A stretch of 64,000 nucleotides of DNA, taken from positions 160,142-224,141 of the forward strand of contig JAJYDJ010000001.1 in NCBI GenBank assembly GCA_021777565.1, written 5' to 3'. The first letter of the stretch is position 1, and each line of letters opens with the position of its first letter. The position numbers and the translations under genes were made by a program. Below the pieces are notes generated by a model. It saw nothing but the letters and a program-made list of their open reading frames with translations. It did no database searches and had not been told where the DNA came from. Source of the DNA: a bacterium (GTDB lineage Bacteria; Patescibacteriota; Microgenomatia; Levybacterales; UBA12049). Shown here in pieces: positions 29,317 to 38,369 of the stretch.

Positions 29317-30237
29317 ATGCAGATTGCTTTTTTAGGTCTTGGAAAAATGGGAAGTCGCATGGCCTCCAAACTGGTTGCGGATGGCCACGAACTTATCGTG
29401 TGGAATCGTACGAAGGAAACCGCAGAAGAATTTGTCGCGCATTATCCAAAAGGTTCCACTCTTGCCACAACAGTAGAAGAGGCACTCTCGGCACTTACTG
29501 GCTCGCCTAAAATAGTCTGGCTCATGCTCCCAGCAGGCGACGCTACTGAAGCAATGATCACCGAAGTCATGCCACTGCTTGCAAAAGGCGATGTGTTGAT
29601 TGATGGTGGCAATGCACGTTTCTCAGATACAGAGAGGCGCTCTCAAATGCTTTCTGAAAAAGGTATTCTTTTCCTGGGTATTGGGGTGAGTGGTGGTATT
29701 ATCGCAGCTACCGAAGGATATCCGATGATGGCTGGAGGAGACAAGGCAGCCTACGACATAATTGTGCCACTTCTTGATACCTTGGCCAAGCCTCATGGTG
29801 GGCATGACTATTTTGGCACCGGGGGAGCAGGACATTTTGTAAAAATGGTGCATAACGGCATAGAGTATGGCATGATGCAGGCATTTGCCGAAGGGTTTGC
29901 GGTTTTGGAAAAGTCTGACTATCACTTTGACCTGCATAAAATTTCCCGCCTGTGGCAGAAAGGGACCATCGTCTCAAGCTTTCTTCTTGATCGAGCTGAG
30001 GAAATGCTTGCCAATGATACGAGTCTTGCCTCATTTACTGGTGTGGTGACCGAAAGTGGTGAAGGGAAATGGACGGTTGAAGAGGCCAAAAAAGAAGGTG
30101 TTCAGACACCGATTATTGAAGGATCACTACAATATAGATGGGAGACAAAAGAAGATACTGCCAAGCAACAATCCTACGTTTCACGTATGCTTAATGCCCT
30201 CAGAAATGCCTTTGGCGGCCATGAAGTGAAGAAATAG
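29317..30237 (+). CDS. gnd: 6-phosphogluconate dehydrogenase (decarboxylating), short-form ~300 aa
   Basis: FLGLGKMGSRMASKL Rossmann motif, GGNARFSDTERR, GGAGHFVKMVHNGIEYGMMQA. Confidence 0.85.
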   Translation: MQIAFLGLGKMGSRMASKLVADGHELIVWNRTKETAEEFVAHYPKGSTLATTVEEALSALTGSPKIVWLMLPAGDATEAMITEVMPLLAKGDVLIDGGNARFSDTERRSQMLSEKGILFLGIGVSGGIIAATEGYPMMAGGDKAAYDIIVPLLDTLAKPHGGHDYFGTGGAGHFVKMVHNGIEYGMMQAFAEGFAVLEKSDYHFDLHKISRLWQKGTIVSSFLLDRAEEMLANDTSLASFTGVVTESGEGKWTVEEAKKEGVQTPIIEGSLQYRWETKEDTAKQQSYVSRMLNALRNAFGGHEVKK

Positions 30238-30240
30238 TGG

Positions 30241-30561
30241 TTAGGATACTTTTCTGCGGATCTCAGGGAGACTTATTCGGGGTAAGTCAGTCTCAGCCTC
30301 TTGTGGTGGGAATTCAGTGATAATGGCCGTGACAGTCTCTACGCCTCTAAGAAGTGCTGCTTCCCATGCCTCACGTCTTCGTGTGTCATTCAGGGAAGTG
30401 ATAGGGGTTTGGCTTGCTCTATCCATAGCAGACTTAAGTGGTGCGACAGGTGAGGGATGGACTACTTCACAATATTGTGTGAATTCACCGAGCGGGCGTG
30501 TTGTTCTCTCGACATCAGAAACGAGTGCCATGAGGGGAAGTATAGTGGAAAATAGCCTCAA
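30241..30561 (-). CDS. hypothetical protein (106 aa); same frame as the upstream ORF, separated only by TAA..TGA
   Basis: TTG start; more protein-like than the + strand alternatives. Confidence 0.3.
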   Translation of the reverse strand: MRLFSTILPLMALVSDVERTTRPLGEFTQYCEVVHPSPVAPLKSAMDRASQTPITSLNDTRRREAWEAALLRGVETVTAIITEFPPQEAETDLPRISLPEIRRKVS

Positions 30562-30585
30562 AAGCTGTGAGCAAGGTCACGAGAA

Positions 30586-30876
30586 TTATTTAACATCTCG
30601 ACGAGCTGGCATTTTTATTGTTGCCGTAGAAGATACTCTTTCTTGATATGCAGCATCTAATGCATCTTGACTACGAGCGAAACGCTCTTCTCTCTGAGCA
30701 CGTTCTGCACGCAGTGCAGCCAAGTTTGCAGCGGTTGCAATGGCTGTTTCTGCAAGAGAGTCAGAAACAATACCTCGAGCTTGCTGCTCTTTGATGCCCT
30801 GTTCTACCAGGGGGAATGTTGCCCCGGTGATAGCTTCGATGGTTCCGTTCATTGCCATAATAGTAAGACTATACAA
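30586..30876 (-). CDS. hypothetical Ala-rich helical protein (96 aa)
   Basis: TTG start at 30876; coding-like. Possibly the N-terminal half of a disrupted gene (see findings). Confidence 0.3.
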   Translation of the reverse strand: MYSLTIMAMNGTIEAITGATFPLVEQGIKEQQARGIVSDSLAETAIATAANLAALRAERAQREERFARSQDALDAAYQERVSSTATIKMPARRDVK

Positions 30877-30924
30877 CGAAACAATAATATTGTCAAGTTA
30901 TAGACAACAATCTGGCTATTCTAG

Positions 30925-31137
30925 CCATGGACAAACGGAGGTGTTTCTGTCATACTTTTATCAAAGCTTTGGAAGGATCCCAACCTTTCTCCGTCAACCG
31001 ATGGAAAGCTGGCTGCGATGAGCAGTCCCGGAGGCAAAACCGTAAAAGATGAGTGCACCAACCAAGGTGGTACCACGCGAGTAAGCGTCCTTGTAAATGC
31101 CTGAAAACATGCAGGTGTTTATAAGGGCGTTTTTTGT
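30925..31137 (+). promoter_or_regulatory. T-box riboswitch leader (tRNA-Pro sensing) upstream of proS
   Basis: T-box sequence AAGGTGGTACCACGCG (compare AGGGUGGNACCGCG), candidate Stem I ACGGAG...CTCCGT enclosing AAGG-ATCCCAA-CCTT with a CCC/CCA Pro codon followed by a purine, then the terminator 31086-31137. Confidence 0.55.
31086..31137 (+). terminator. intrinsic terminator of the proS T-box leader
   Basis: CGTCCTTGT...ATAAGGGCG 9-bp stem (two G-U pairs) followed by TTTTTTGTT; ends 13 nt before the proS ATG. Confidence 0.5.
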
Positions 31138-31149
31138 TAGACTAAACAT

Positions 31150-32622
31150 ATGGCATATCAAAATACATTACCGAAAAAGTCAGAAGATTTATCAGCCTGG
31201 TACAACCAGATTGTGCTGTCTGCTGAACTTGCTGACTATGGTCCTGCGAAAGGCACCATGATTTTCCGTCCGTATGGCTATCGTATCTGGGAGCTTGTGC
31301 AGGAAGCTATGGACAAGCGTATCAAAGATCATGGCGTGGATAATGCGTACTTCCCACTTTTTATTCCTGAAAGTTTTCTCAAGCGTGAGAAAGAGCATGT
31401 AGAAGGATTTGCTCCTGAGCTGGCCGTTGTCACGGTCGGTGGGGGAGAAGAATTGGAAGAAAAGTTAGTAGTCAGACCTACCAGTGAGACTATCATGTAT
31501 GATGCCTACAGTCGTTGGATACAATCCTGGCGAGATCTACCAATCCTTATTAATCAGTGGAATAACGTGGTTCGTTGGGAGAAGCGAACATATCTCTTCC
31601 TTCGTACGACAGAATTTTTGTGGCAGGAAGGGCATACGGCACATGCGACCCATGAAGATGCGGTGGATACCCAGAAGTGGGCCATGCAGATGTATGCGGA
31701 TATCTATAAAGAATACTTTGCACTTCCAGGAATCGTTGGGTACAAATCACAATCTGAAAAGTTTGCAGGAGCCGACGCCACGTTAACCTATGAATCACTC
31801 ATGCCAGAAGGAAAAGCACTGCAGGCATGTACGTCCCATGATCTTGGACAAAATTTCGCCAAAGCATTTAACATCTCATTCCAGGATAAAGAGGGGAAAT
31901 CTGAATATGCCTGGCAGACGAGTTGGGGCTTTTCAACACGTTCACTTGGTGGTCTTTTCATGGCACACGGTGATGATAAAGGACTAGTCTTGCCACCGAA
32001 ACTGGCACCGATTAAAGTAGTGATTCTTCCTGTCTTAGGAAAGGATGATAAAAAAGTATTAGATTTTTGCGAGGAAATAAAAAAGTCCATTAAGGCTGTC
32101 GACTCCCAGTTCTTAGGCAAAGTTGAGGTTTTGGATCAAGATTGGAAGAGTATCGGATGGAAAGCAAGTGACGCAGAGATGAGAGGTATACCTATAATAA
32201 TTCCTGTTGGGCTCAAGGAGGCAGAAGGTGGAGACATTAAGATACAAACAAGAATTGAAGGATATTTTAAAGACGAGAATACATATGGGAATCTAGTCCC
32301 TGTTACCTCTGAAAACATTGGGGCAGAAGTCGAACGTGTCTTGTCTTTGATCCAAGGTAGATTATTAGAGAATGCCCAGAAGTTCTTAAAGGAAAATACA
32401 CATATAGTAAACTCATATGACGAGTTGAAGAAATATATGGAAACGACCAAAGGATTCTTAAAAGCATTCTGGTGTGAAGACGCGACCTGTGAATCAAAGA
32501 TCAAAGAAGAAACCAAGGCAACCACTCGCTGTCTGCCTCTTGATGCTCCCGAGGAATCCGGGAAGTGCGTCTACTGCGGGAAAGATGCCACGCATCGCTG
32601 GATCTTTGCACAAGCCTACTAA
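31150..32622 (+). CDS. proS: prolyl-tRNA synthetase, archaeal/eukaryotic-type
   Basis: Class II motifs (FRPYGYRIW, RWEKRTYLFLRTTEFLWQEGHTAH), C-terminal Zn-binding Cys cluster, no bacterial-type insertion domain. Confidence 0.93.
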   Translation: MAYQNTLPKKSEDLSAWYNQIVLSAELADYGPAKGTMIFRPYGYRIWELVQEAMDKRIKDHGVDNAYFPLFIPESFLKREKEHVEGFAPELAVVTVGGGEELEEKLVVRPTSETIMYDAYSRWIQSWRDLPILINQWNNVVRWEKRTYLFLRTTEFLWQEGHTAHATHEDAVDTQKWAMQMYADIYKEYFALPGIVGYKSQSEKFAGADATLTYESLMPEGKALQACTSHDLGQNFAKAFNISFQDKEGKSEYAWQTSWGFSTRSLGGLFMAHGDDKGLVLPPKLAPIKVVILPVLGKDDKKVLDFCEEIKKSIKAVDSQFLGKVEVLDQDWKSIGWKASDAEMRGIPIIIPVGLKEAEGGDIKIQTRIEGYFKDENTYGNLVPVTSENIGAEVERVLSLIQGRLLENAQKFLKENTHIVNSYDELKKYMETTKGFLKAFWCEDATCESKIKEETKATTRCLPLDAPEESGKCVYCGKDATHRWIFAQAY

Positions 32623-32625
32623 TCT

Positions 32626-32958
32626 ATGAAGACGCAGGATGCATTCGCCGCACTTGATATCCGGGTTGGTAAAATTATTGCCGTGTCTCTTCTGCCAAAT
32701 CCGCGCTACACCACCCATAAACTTACTATAGATTTAGGGCCAGAAATTGGTCAAAAAACATCTGGTGCACGGGTTCTTAACTATACGCAGGAAGAGCTGA
32801 TGGGAAAATTAGTACTTTGTGTGATCAATCTCCCCCCCAAACAAATTGGTGGTACTATGTCGGAAGTTCTGACGCTTGGTGTGCCTGATGCAGGGCATGA
32901 ATGTGTATTGATCTCTCCAGATAATGAAAAAGCAGTTATTGGTGGCAAACTCTACTAA
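32626..32958 (+). CDS. tRNA-binding protein (CsaA/Trbp111, EMAP-like OB fold)
   Basis: LDIRVGKII...HKLTIDLGPE...LVLCVINLPP typical of Myf/EMAP tRNA-binding domains. Confidence 0.65.
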   Translation: MKTQDAFAALDIRVGKIIAVSLLPNPRYTTHKLTIDLGPEIGQKTSGARVLNYTQEELMGKLVLCVINLPPKQIGGTMSEVLTLGVPDAGHECVLISPDNEKAVIGGKLY

Positions 32959-33926
32959 CTCAATCCCGGGATTGGGAATGGAAGCTTCAAGTTAAATATT
33001 TTAATCCACAAGACCATATATCCCAGAAGAAAAATAACAGCTCCAACAACATAAATAGCAACTGAGGTAGGACTTTTGGCTTTGGGTGCTATATAGCCAT
33101 GCACAGCATCCCCATGTTTGGCTCCACTGGCTGCTGGCGTTTCTGGAAGTGGTGGCAGTGGAGTCGTGGCAACTGGCGCTTCAGGAGTTGGTGGTGTTGG
33201 AATTGGTCCCAGGGACTCAGTGGGAGCAGGTGTCTCTGGAAGGGTTGGCACTTCTGGCTGTTCTTCTGGTGCGCTTGGCATTGGTGCTACTGGTGATGCT
33301 ACCAGATCTTCTGGTGGCATCTTGTGCTGCTCTGTTGTATCTGCTGGTGTAGTCTGAGTACTTGGGGTAGGCGTAGGTGTCGTTGATACACCTGGAATGT
33401 CCAGTGGTGGCATCACTGGTGGCTCAGGTGGTGTCCCTGGCGTAGGGGCTGCGGGAGACGTTGGGATGGATTCTGTTGGCTGCTCTGGAGTTGATGGCAT
33501 CACTGTCTCCGGAATCTCTGTTGACGTTGTTTCGGAGGGTGTTGCTACTTCCTCAGCCACCAGTTTTGGTGCTTCTACTGGCTGCTCTGGAGTAGTGGGC
33601 ATACTAGGTGTTACTTCAGGTGCTGCAGGTGTGCTTGGTGTTACGTCAGTTGGAATGGTTATCTCTGGTGCCGGTGGAGGAGGGGTTGGATTGGCAGATT
33701 GAGTAAATGGTCGATCTGATACAGATGGTGCCAATTCATCACTGGATGGCATGATCTCAGGTGCACGTTGTGTCTGTGGGGTAGCAGTTGGTGTGGCTTG
33801 ATCGCTTGGTGTCGTAGGGGTTACTGAGGGGGTACCACCCAGAACTGTGTTATAAATTTCCTGTAATTTTGGGTCAATCGTATCAGCCATGTATTCATCG
33901 TAACAACCTAGAGAAGAGAATGTCAA
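32955..33926 (-). CDS. Pro/Thr/Glu-rich low-complexity surface protein with C-terminal TM anchor
   Basis: About 250 residues of PTPxxP/TPS repeats and a C-terminal hydrophobic helix VAIYVVGAVIFLLGYMVLWI. Confidence 0.5.
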   Translation of the reverse strand: MTFSSLGCYDEYMADTIDPKLQEIYNTVLGGTPSVTPTTPSDQATPTATPQTQRAPEIMPSSDELAPSVSDRPFTQSANPTPPPPAPEITIPTDVTPSTPAAPEVTPSMPTTPEQPVEAPKLVAEEVATPSETTSTEIPETVMPSTPEQPTESIPTSPAAPTPGTPPEPPVMPPLDIPGVSTTPTPTPSTQTTPADTTEQHKMPPEDLVASPVAPMPSAPEEQPEVPTLPETPAPTESLGPIPTPPTPEAPVATTPLPPLPETPAASGAKHGDAVHGYIAPKAKSPTSVAIYVVGAVIFLLGYMVLWIKIFNLKLPFPIPGLS

Positions 33927-33948
33927 ATCCTTTTGCTACAATAAGAGT

Positions 33949-34890
33949 ATGAAAGTCATTGTTACGCACTATGCTCCTGATTGGGATGCTATTTGTTCAG
34001 TTTGGCTCATCAAGACGTACTTGCCAGGGTGGGATGAGGCAGTGGTTGAATTTGTTCCTCATGGCAGCAGGCTTACGCTGGATGGCAAACAGCTCGTTGT
34101 TGAAATTGATCGCAGTAAGGCAGTCCCTGAAGTGATTGAGCACACAGCTGATCATGATTTGATACATGTTGATACGGGACTCGGGCCACTGGATCATCAC
34201 GAGACAGAAGACCAGACTATTTGTGCATCCACAAGATGTTTAGAATATGTGAAAAAACACAATGACATGTTTGATAGTCACGAGGATAAATGGCAGGTAC
34301 ATGAGGAGGCCCTAGAGCGAATCACTGTATACATGACGGCACTAGATCATTTTCAAGAAGTATTCTGGCCAGAAGCAGCTACCGATCGCTATGATTTTTC
34401 GATCTGGGCAGTGCTGGAGGGGTATAAGGCCATTGTGAAGGGTGATAATGACAAGATCATGCAGTTTGGGCTAACAATCATGGATATACTCTTTCACCGT
34501 ATGGAAGGAAAAATATGGTCAGAGAGAGAACTGCGACAAAAAGGCAAAGAATTTCAGACACAGTTTGGCAAAGGAATAGCCATCGAGACACTGGATGATG
34601 ATGTCGTACGGCTTGCTGAGAAGCTAGGGTATGCGGTTGTTATCAGAAAAGATCCACGCAAAGGTTATGTCAGGATCAAGGCACTACCACAACGCGTGGA
34701 TGGTCAGCCTGATACCATTGACCTCACTCGTTTGTACGAGAGGCTGATAAAAATAGATAGTAGAGCCTCGTGGTATCTGCATGTGTCCAAAAGGATGATC
34801 TTAAATACAGCCAATAAAGAAGTCAGGGCCGTGCCAACGACCTTATCACTTGCGCAAGTTGTGGCACTTTTATTAGAATTGTATCGATGA
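33949..34890 (+). CDS. DHH-family phosphoesterase
   Basis: HYAPDWDAICS (motif I) and HVDTGLGPLDHHETE (DHH). Confidence 0.55.
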   Translation: MKVIVTHYAPDWDAICSVWLIKTYLPGWDEAVVEFVPHGSRLTLDGKQLVVEIDRSKAVPEVIEHTADHDLIHVDTGLGPLDHHETEDQTICASTRCLEYVKKHNDMFDSHEDKWQVHEEALERITVYMTALDHFQEVFWPEAATDRYDFSIWAVLEGYKAIVKGDNDKIMQFGLTIMDILFHRMEGKIWSERELRQKGKEFQTQFGKGIAIETLDDDVVRLAEKLGYAVVIRKDPRKGYVRIKALPQRVDGQPDTIDLTRLYERLIKIDSRASWYLHVSKRMILNTANKEVRAVPTTLSLAQVVALLLELYR

Positions 34891-35201
34891 ACGACTGTAT
34901 CTTTTGTAAAATAGCCAACCGTGAGATCACGCCTGAGATCCTCTATGAAGATGATATGGTTATGGCGTTTCGAGATATTCACCCTAAAAAACCAGTACAT
35001 ATCCTCATAATTCCTAAAAAACATATAGAAAATATCATGGCGCTTGATGATGATCAGGTGCTAAATGGTGTGCGAGAAGCGGTAAAACACCTGGTCCATT
35101 TGCATGAACTCGAGGGAAAAGGTTTCAAAATTGAGATCAATGGAGGGGGACTGCAAGACGTAGAGCACTTGCATGTGCACCTCATGGGACCATACAAGTA
35201 G
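34887..35201 (+). CDS. HIT-family nucleotide hydrolase
   Basis: CIFCKI N-terminus and histidine triad HLHVHLM. Confidence 0.85.
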   Translation: MNDCIFCKIANREITPEILYEDDMVMAFRDIHPKKPVHILIIPKKHIENIMALDDDQVLNGVREAVKHLVHLHELEGKGFKIEINGGGLQDVEHLHVHLMGPYK

Positions 35202-35213
35202 TTCTTACTTTTT

Positions 35214-35243
35214 TTGGCAAAATCTCCCCGAAGGTGTTATAAT
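35214..35243 (+). promoter_or_regulatory. sigma70-type promoter for rpsU
   Basis: TTGGCA (-35), 18-nt spacer, TATAAT (-10); AAAAAGGAGAGGGGG SD follows. Confidence 0.5.
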
Positions 35244-35288
35244 ACTTCTACACAAATTTCCTAAAAAGGAGAGGGGGTGTTATTTTTT

Positions 35289-35480
35289 ATGGTTAGTGTT
35301 AAAAAACAGCCAGGTACAAGTGATGATCACTTGATCAAACAATTTACGCGAAAAGTCATGCTTGAAGGGATTGTCCTGGAGGCTAAACGCCGTCAGTTCC
35401 ATCTCAAACCATCAGCAGCTCGCAAACAGCGCAAAAAAGACAAACAACTGGAGAGAGCCCTCATTGCCAAAGCAATGTAA
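35289..35480 (+). CDS. rpsU: 30S ribosomal protein S21
   Basis: Basic 63-aa protein with KRRQFHLKPSAARKQRKKDK; alternative GTG start at 35277. Confidence 0.6.
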   Translation: MVSVKKQPGTSDDHLIKQFTRKVMLEGIVLEAKRRQFHLKPSAARKQRKKDKQLERALIAKAM

Positions 35481-35530
35481 TTGCCCTTCTTGCCTCGCAT
35501 TTATCTTGTCAGCGTAGTATAATCGAGACG

Positions 35531-35920
35531 ATGAAAGATCTTCGAGTGCTGTTATATGTTGAAAGCCGCTTCAAAGTAAACCGTAAGCGTGTACGTGCTG
35601 TGGTTAGTCGTGTCATAGGGGATCAGCATATAGAAGGACCAGTCGAAGTTTCTATTTCTTTTGTCGGAAATAGAAAAATGAAAGAGATTTCTGATAGACA
35701 CCTCAATGATGGCAAAATCCATAATATTCTTTCATTCCCATTTGCTGAAGGGGAAGCCTCTGTTATGCCATCGGATGCGCTGCATCTAGGAGACATTATT
35801 ATTTCCTATCCAATTCTGATACAGGAAGCATCTGAAGAGGAAGAACTCGTTGATGATCGGGTCGATATGCTTGTGGAGCACGGGCTTTTACATCTTCTTG
35901 GTATTCATCACCCAGTATAA
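35531..35920 (+). CDS. ybeY: rRNA maturation endoribonuclease YbeY
   Basis: HGLLHLLGIHH metal-binding motif. Confidence 0.75.
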   Translation: MKDLRVLLYVESRFKVNRKRVRAVVSRVIGDQHIEGPVEVSISFVGNRKMKEISDRHLNDGKIHNILSFPFAEGEASVMPSDALHLGDIIISYPILIQEASEEEELVDDRVDMLVEHGLLHLLGIHHPV

Positions 35921-35986
35921 ACTCTCGCGTGATATATTTAGGTAACTGTTATCAAAAGGGAAGTATATTCTATACTGAATACTACC

Positions 35987-37468
35987 ATGGTGTATTATCG
36001 TAAGTATCGTCCTCAAACAATTGCTGATCTAGATAATGCAGCCCTTCGAGACCGCCTGACATCACTTCTTGCCAACCCTGAACATGTACCTCATGCATTT
36101 CTTTTCACAGGCCCTAAAGGGACAGGGAAGACGTCTACTGCTCGTATCATCGCAAAGATCGTTAATTGTGAAGAAAATCTCTATGCCGGCAAAGGCAAAA
36201 ATATAGAGCCGTGTAACACCTGTTCTGAATGTGTCTCTATCACCAATGGGAGCAGTATGGATGTACTTGAGATTGACGGGGCCAGTAATCGTGGTATCGA
36301 TGAGATACGAGACCTGAGGGAAAAAGTTCGTCTGTCGCCCGTGAGTGCTCGTAAAAAAGTGTACATTATTGATGAAGTGCACATGCTCACGACTGAAGCA
36401 TTTAATGCACTGTTGAAAACAATTGAAGAACCACCAGCCCATGTCCTTTTTATCTTCTGCACGACAGAGCCACACAAGGTCCCGGATACCATCATCTCTC
36501 GTTGTGTCCATGTAGCGATCACTAAGGGGAGTAAAGAGGAAGTTGTGGGGTCACTACAAAAAGTTGTGGAGGCAGAGAAATTATCTATCGATCAGGAAGT
36601 GCTAGAAGAAATCGCTCGTATCACTGATGGGGGGTTTCGTGATGCTAAAAAAATATTGGAAGAGCTGGCGAGTGCTGCTGAGGGCAAAACCATCACCCTG
36701 GATCTGTTACACACCTTGCATCACAGCGGGACAGGCCTCGTATTTGCTCAAGAGTTCATGAATACAATTTGTGTTCAAGATGGCGAGAAAGCTATCTCAC
36801 TCATTGAGAATGCTGCCGCAGAAAATATGGATATGGGATATATTTTGGATACGCTTCTAGATCTGCTGCATACGCAGTTATTACTTCATTATGGGATAGG
36901 AGAAGGTGAGATGATGGAGATGTCTGAAGAGTTTATTGCATATGCGGTTGATGTTTTCTCACGCGCCAAGGGACAGATGAAGTACGCCAGTGTGAGTCAA
37001 CTGCCCTTAGAGCTTGCTATCATAGAACTCATCCCGGGAGACGAAAAAGAAAGTGAAGAAGAGAAGGAGCCTGCGTCTTCGGTGAAAGTACAAAGTGGTA
37101 AACCAAATCTTACGATGATGATGAAAAAGCAGCAGCACATCACCTTTCAACAACGCATCAATCCACCAAAGCCGCCGGTACCAGTGAAAAAAGTGAGTAG
37201 TGAAAAATCTCCACAGATCAGTGTAAATCACGATATCACTTTCATGGATAATTTGATCCAAAAAGTAAAAGCAGTCAACAATTCTCTTTCTGGTGTACTT
37301 CGTGGGATTACCTTAAGTGATAAAACAGATGATAGTCTTACTTTTACGACCCGTTTTTCCTTTCACAAAGAGAGGCTTGAAGAGAGCGCAAATTATGCGA
37401 TAATGGAGAAAGCAATTCGGGAGATCATGGGCAAACAGATGAAATTTAATATTCAATTAGTGAAGTAA
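35987..37468 (+). CDS. dnaX: DNA polymerase III subunit gamma/tau
   Basis: YRKYRPQT, GPKGTGKTSTARI Walker A, Zn module CNTCSEC, IDEVHMLT. Confidence 0.92.
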   Translation: MVYYRKYRPQTIADLDNAALRDRLTSLLANPEHVPHAFLFTGPKGTGKTSTARIIAKIVNCEENLYAGKGKNIEPCNTCSECVSITNGSSMDVLEIDGASNRGIDEIRDLREKVRLSPVSARKKVYIIDEVHMLTTEAFNALLKTIEEPPAHVLFIFCTTEPHKVPDTIISRCVHVAITKGSKEEVVGSLQKVVEAEKLSIDQEVLEEIARITDGGFRDAKKILEELASAAEGKTITLDLLHTLHHSGTGLVFAQEFMNTICVQDGEKAISLIENAAAENMDMGYILDTLLDLLHTQLLLHYGIGEGEMMEMSEEFIAYAVDVFSRAKGQMKYASVSQLPLELAIIELIPGDEKESEEEKEPASSVKVQSGKPNLTMMMKKQQHITFQQRINPPKPPVPVKKVSSEKSPQISVNHDITFMDNLIQKVKAVNNSLSGVLRGITLSDKTDDSLTFTTRFSFHKERLEESANYAIMEKAIREIMGKQMKFNIQLVK

Positions 37469-37481
37469 GGAGGTGATATCT

Positions 37482-37766
37482 ATGATGAATCCATTTAAAG
37501 GCATTTCAGATTTAAATGAGATGCGTAAACAAGCACAACAAATTCAACAAGCACTGCAGCAAGAACTTATTGAGGTAACTCACAAAGGAGTTCGTGTTGT
37601 CATCGATGGCGCTCAGAAAGTTCGCGAACTCAATCTTAATGGGATGAGTGACAGTGAAGCACTTGAAGCAATCAACCGTGCCATTGAAGAATCACAAAAA
37701 GTTGCAGCCAAGAAACTCGCACAGATGGGCGGAGGCTTAGGTGGTCTATTGGGAGGAAATAGTTAA
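37482..37766 (+). CDS. ybaB: nucleoid-associated protein YbaB/EbfC
   Basis: MMNPFKGISDLNEMRKQAQQIQQ; AAGGAGGTG SD six nt upstream. The track start at 37473 is a GTG inside the SD. Confidence 0.85.
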   Translation: MMNPFKGISDLNEMRKQAQQIQQALQQELIEVTHKGVRVVIDGAQKVRELNLNGMSDSEALEAINRAIEESQKVAAKKLAQMGGGLGGLLGGNS

Positions 37767-38368
37767 TGACGATCCCGAAAGCGATCTCTGATCTGATCAA
37801 CTCCTTTGAAAGACTGCCTGGAGTTGGCCCCAAGAGTGCACAACGTTTGGCATTTTATCTTCTCCATGTTCCGCAAGGACAGCTGGATGATTTTGCCGTG
37901 GCGCTGCAAAACCTCAAAAAACACACCGTGATGTGTTCACGTTGCTTTAATATCTCTGAAGTAGATCCGTGCTGGATCTGTGCAGACAAGACGCGTGATC
38001 AAAGTATGATTTGTGTGGTGGAACAACCACTGGATCTTCTGGCACTTGAAAAAAGTGGGACGTACAAAGGACTGTATCATGTGCTCCATGGGAGGATTGA
38101 CCCATTAAGTAATATTGGCCCTGATGAAATTTACATCGCGCCACTTCTGGAAAGAATTGAAAGCGAGCCAGTCAAAGAAGTAATCCTTGCGACCAATCCA
38201 ACGATGGAAGGTGAAGCCACGGCGATGTATGTGACCAAGCAAATCAAACAAAAAAAGGCAGATGTCATCGTGACTCGTATTGGTCGAGGTCTACCAATCG
38301 GAGCAGATATCGAATATGCTGATGACATCACCCTCACTCGTGCCATGGAGGGCAGAAGGGAAGTATAG
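37766..38368 (+). CDS. recR: recombination protein RecR
   Basis: HhH N-terminus, C4 zinc finger CSRCFNISEVDPCWIC, Toprim domain. Confidence 0.9.
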   Translation: MTIPKAISDLINSFERLPGVGPKSAQRLAFYLLHVPQGQLDDFAVALQNLKKHTVMCSRCFNISEVDPCWICADKTRDQSMICVVEQPLDLLALEKSGTYKGLYHVLHGRIDPLSNIGPDEIYIAPLLERIESEPVKEVILATNPTMEGEATAMYVTKQIKQKKADVIVTRIGRGLPIGADIEYADDITLTRAMEGRREV

Positions 38369-38369
38369 T

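Noticed and set aside
33086-33702. Gly/Val/Ser-rich + strand ORFs and repetitive DNA
   Set aside because: Antisense of the Pro/Thr-rich surface protein gene (32955-33926, minus). The imperfect repeats are coding low complexity, not a CRISPR or tandem-repeat locus.
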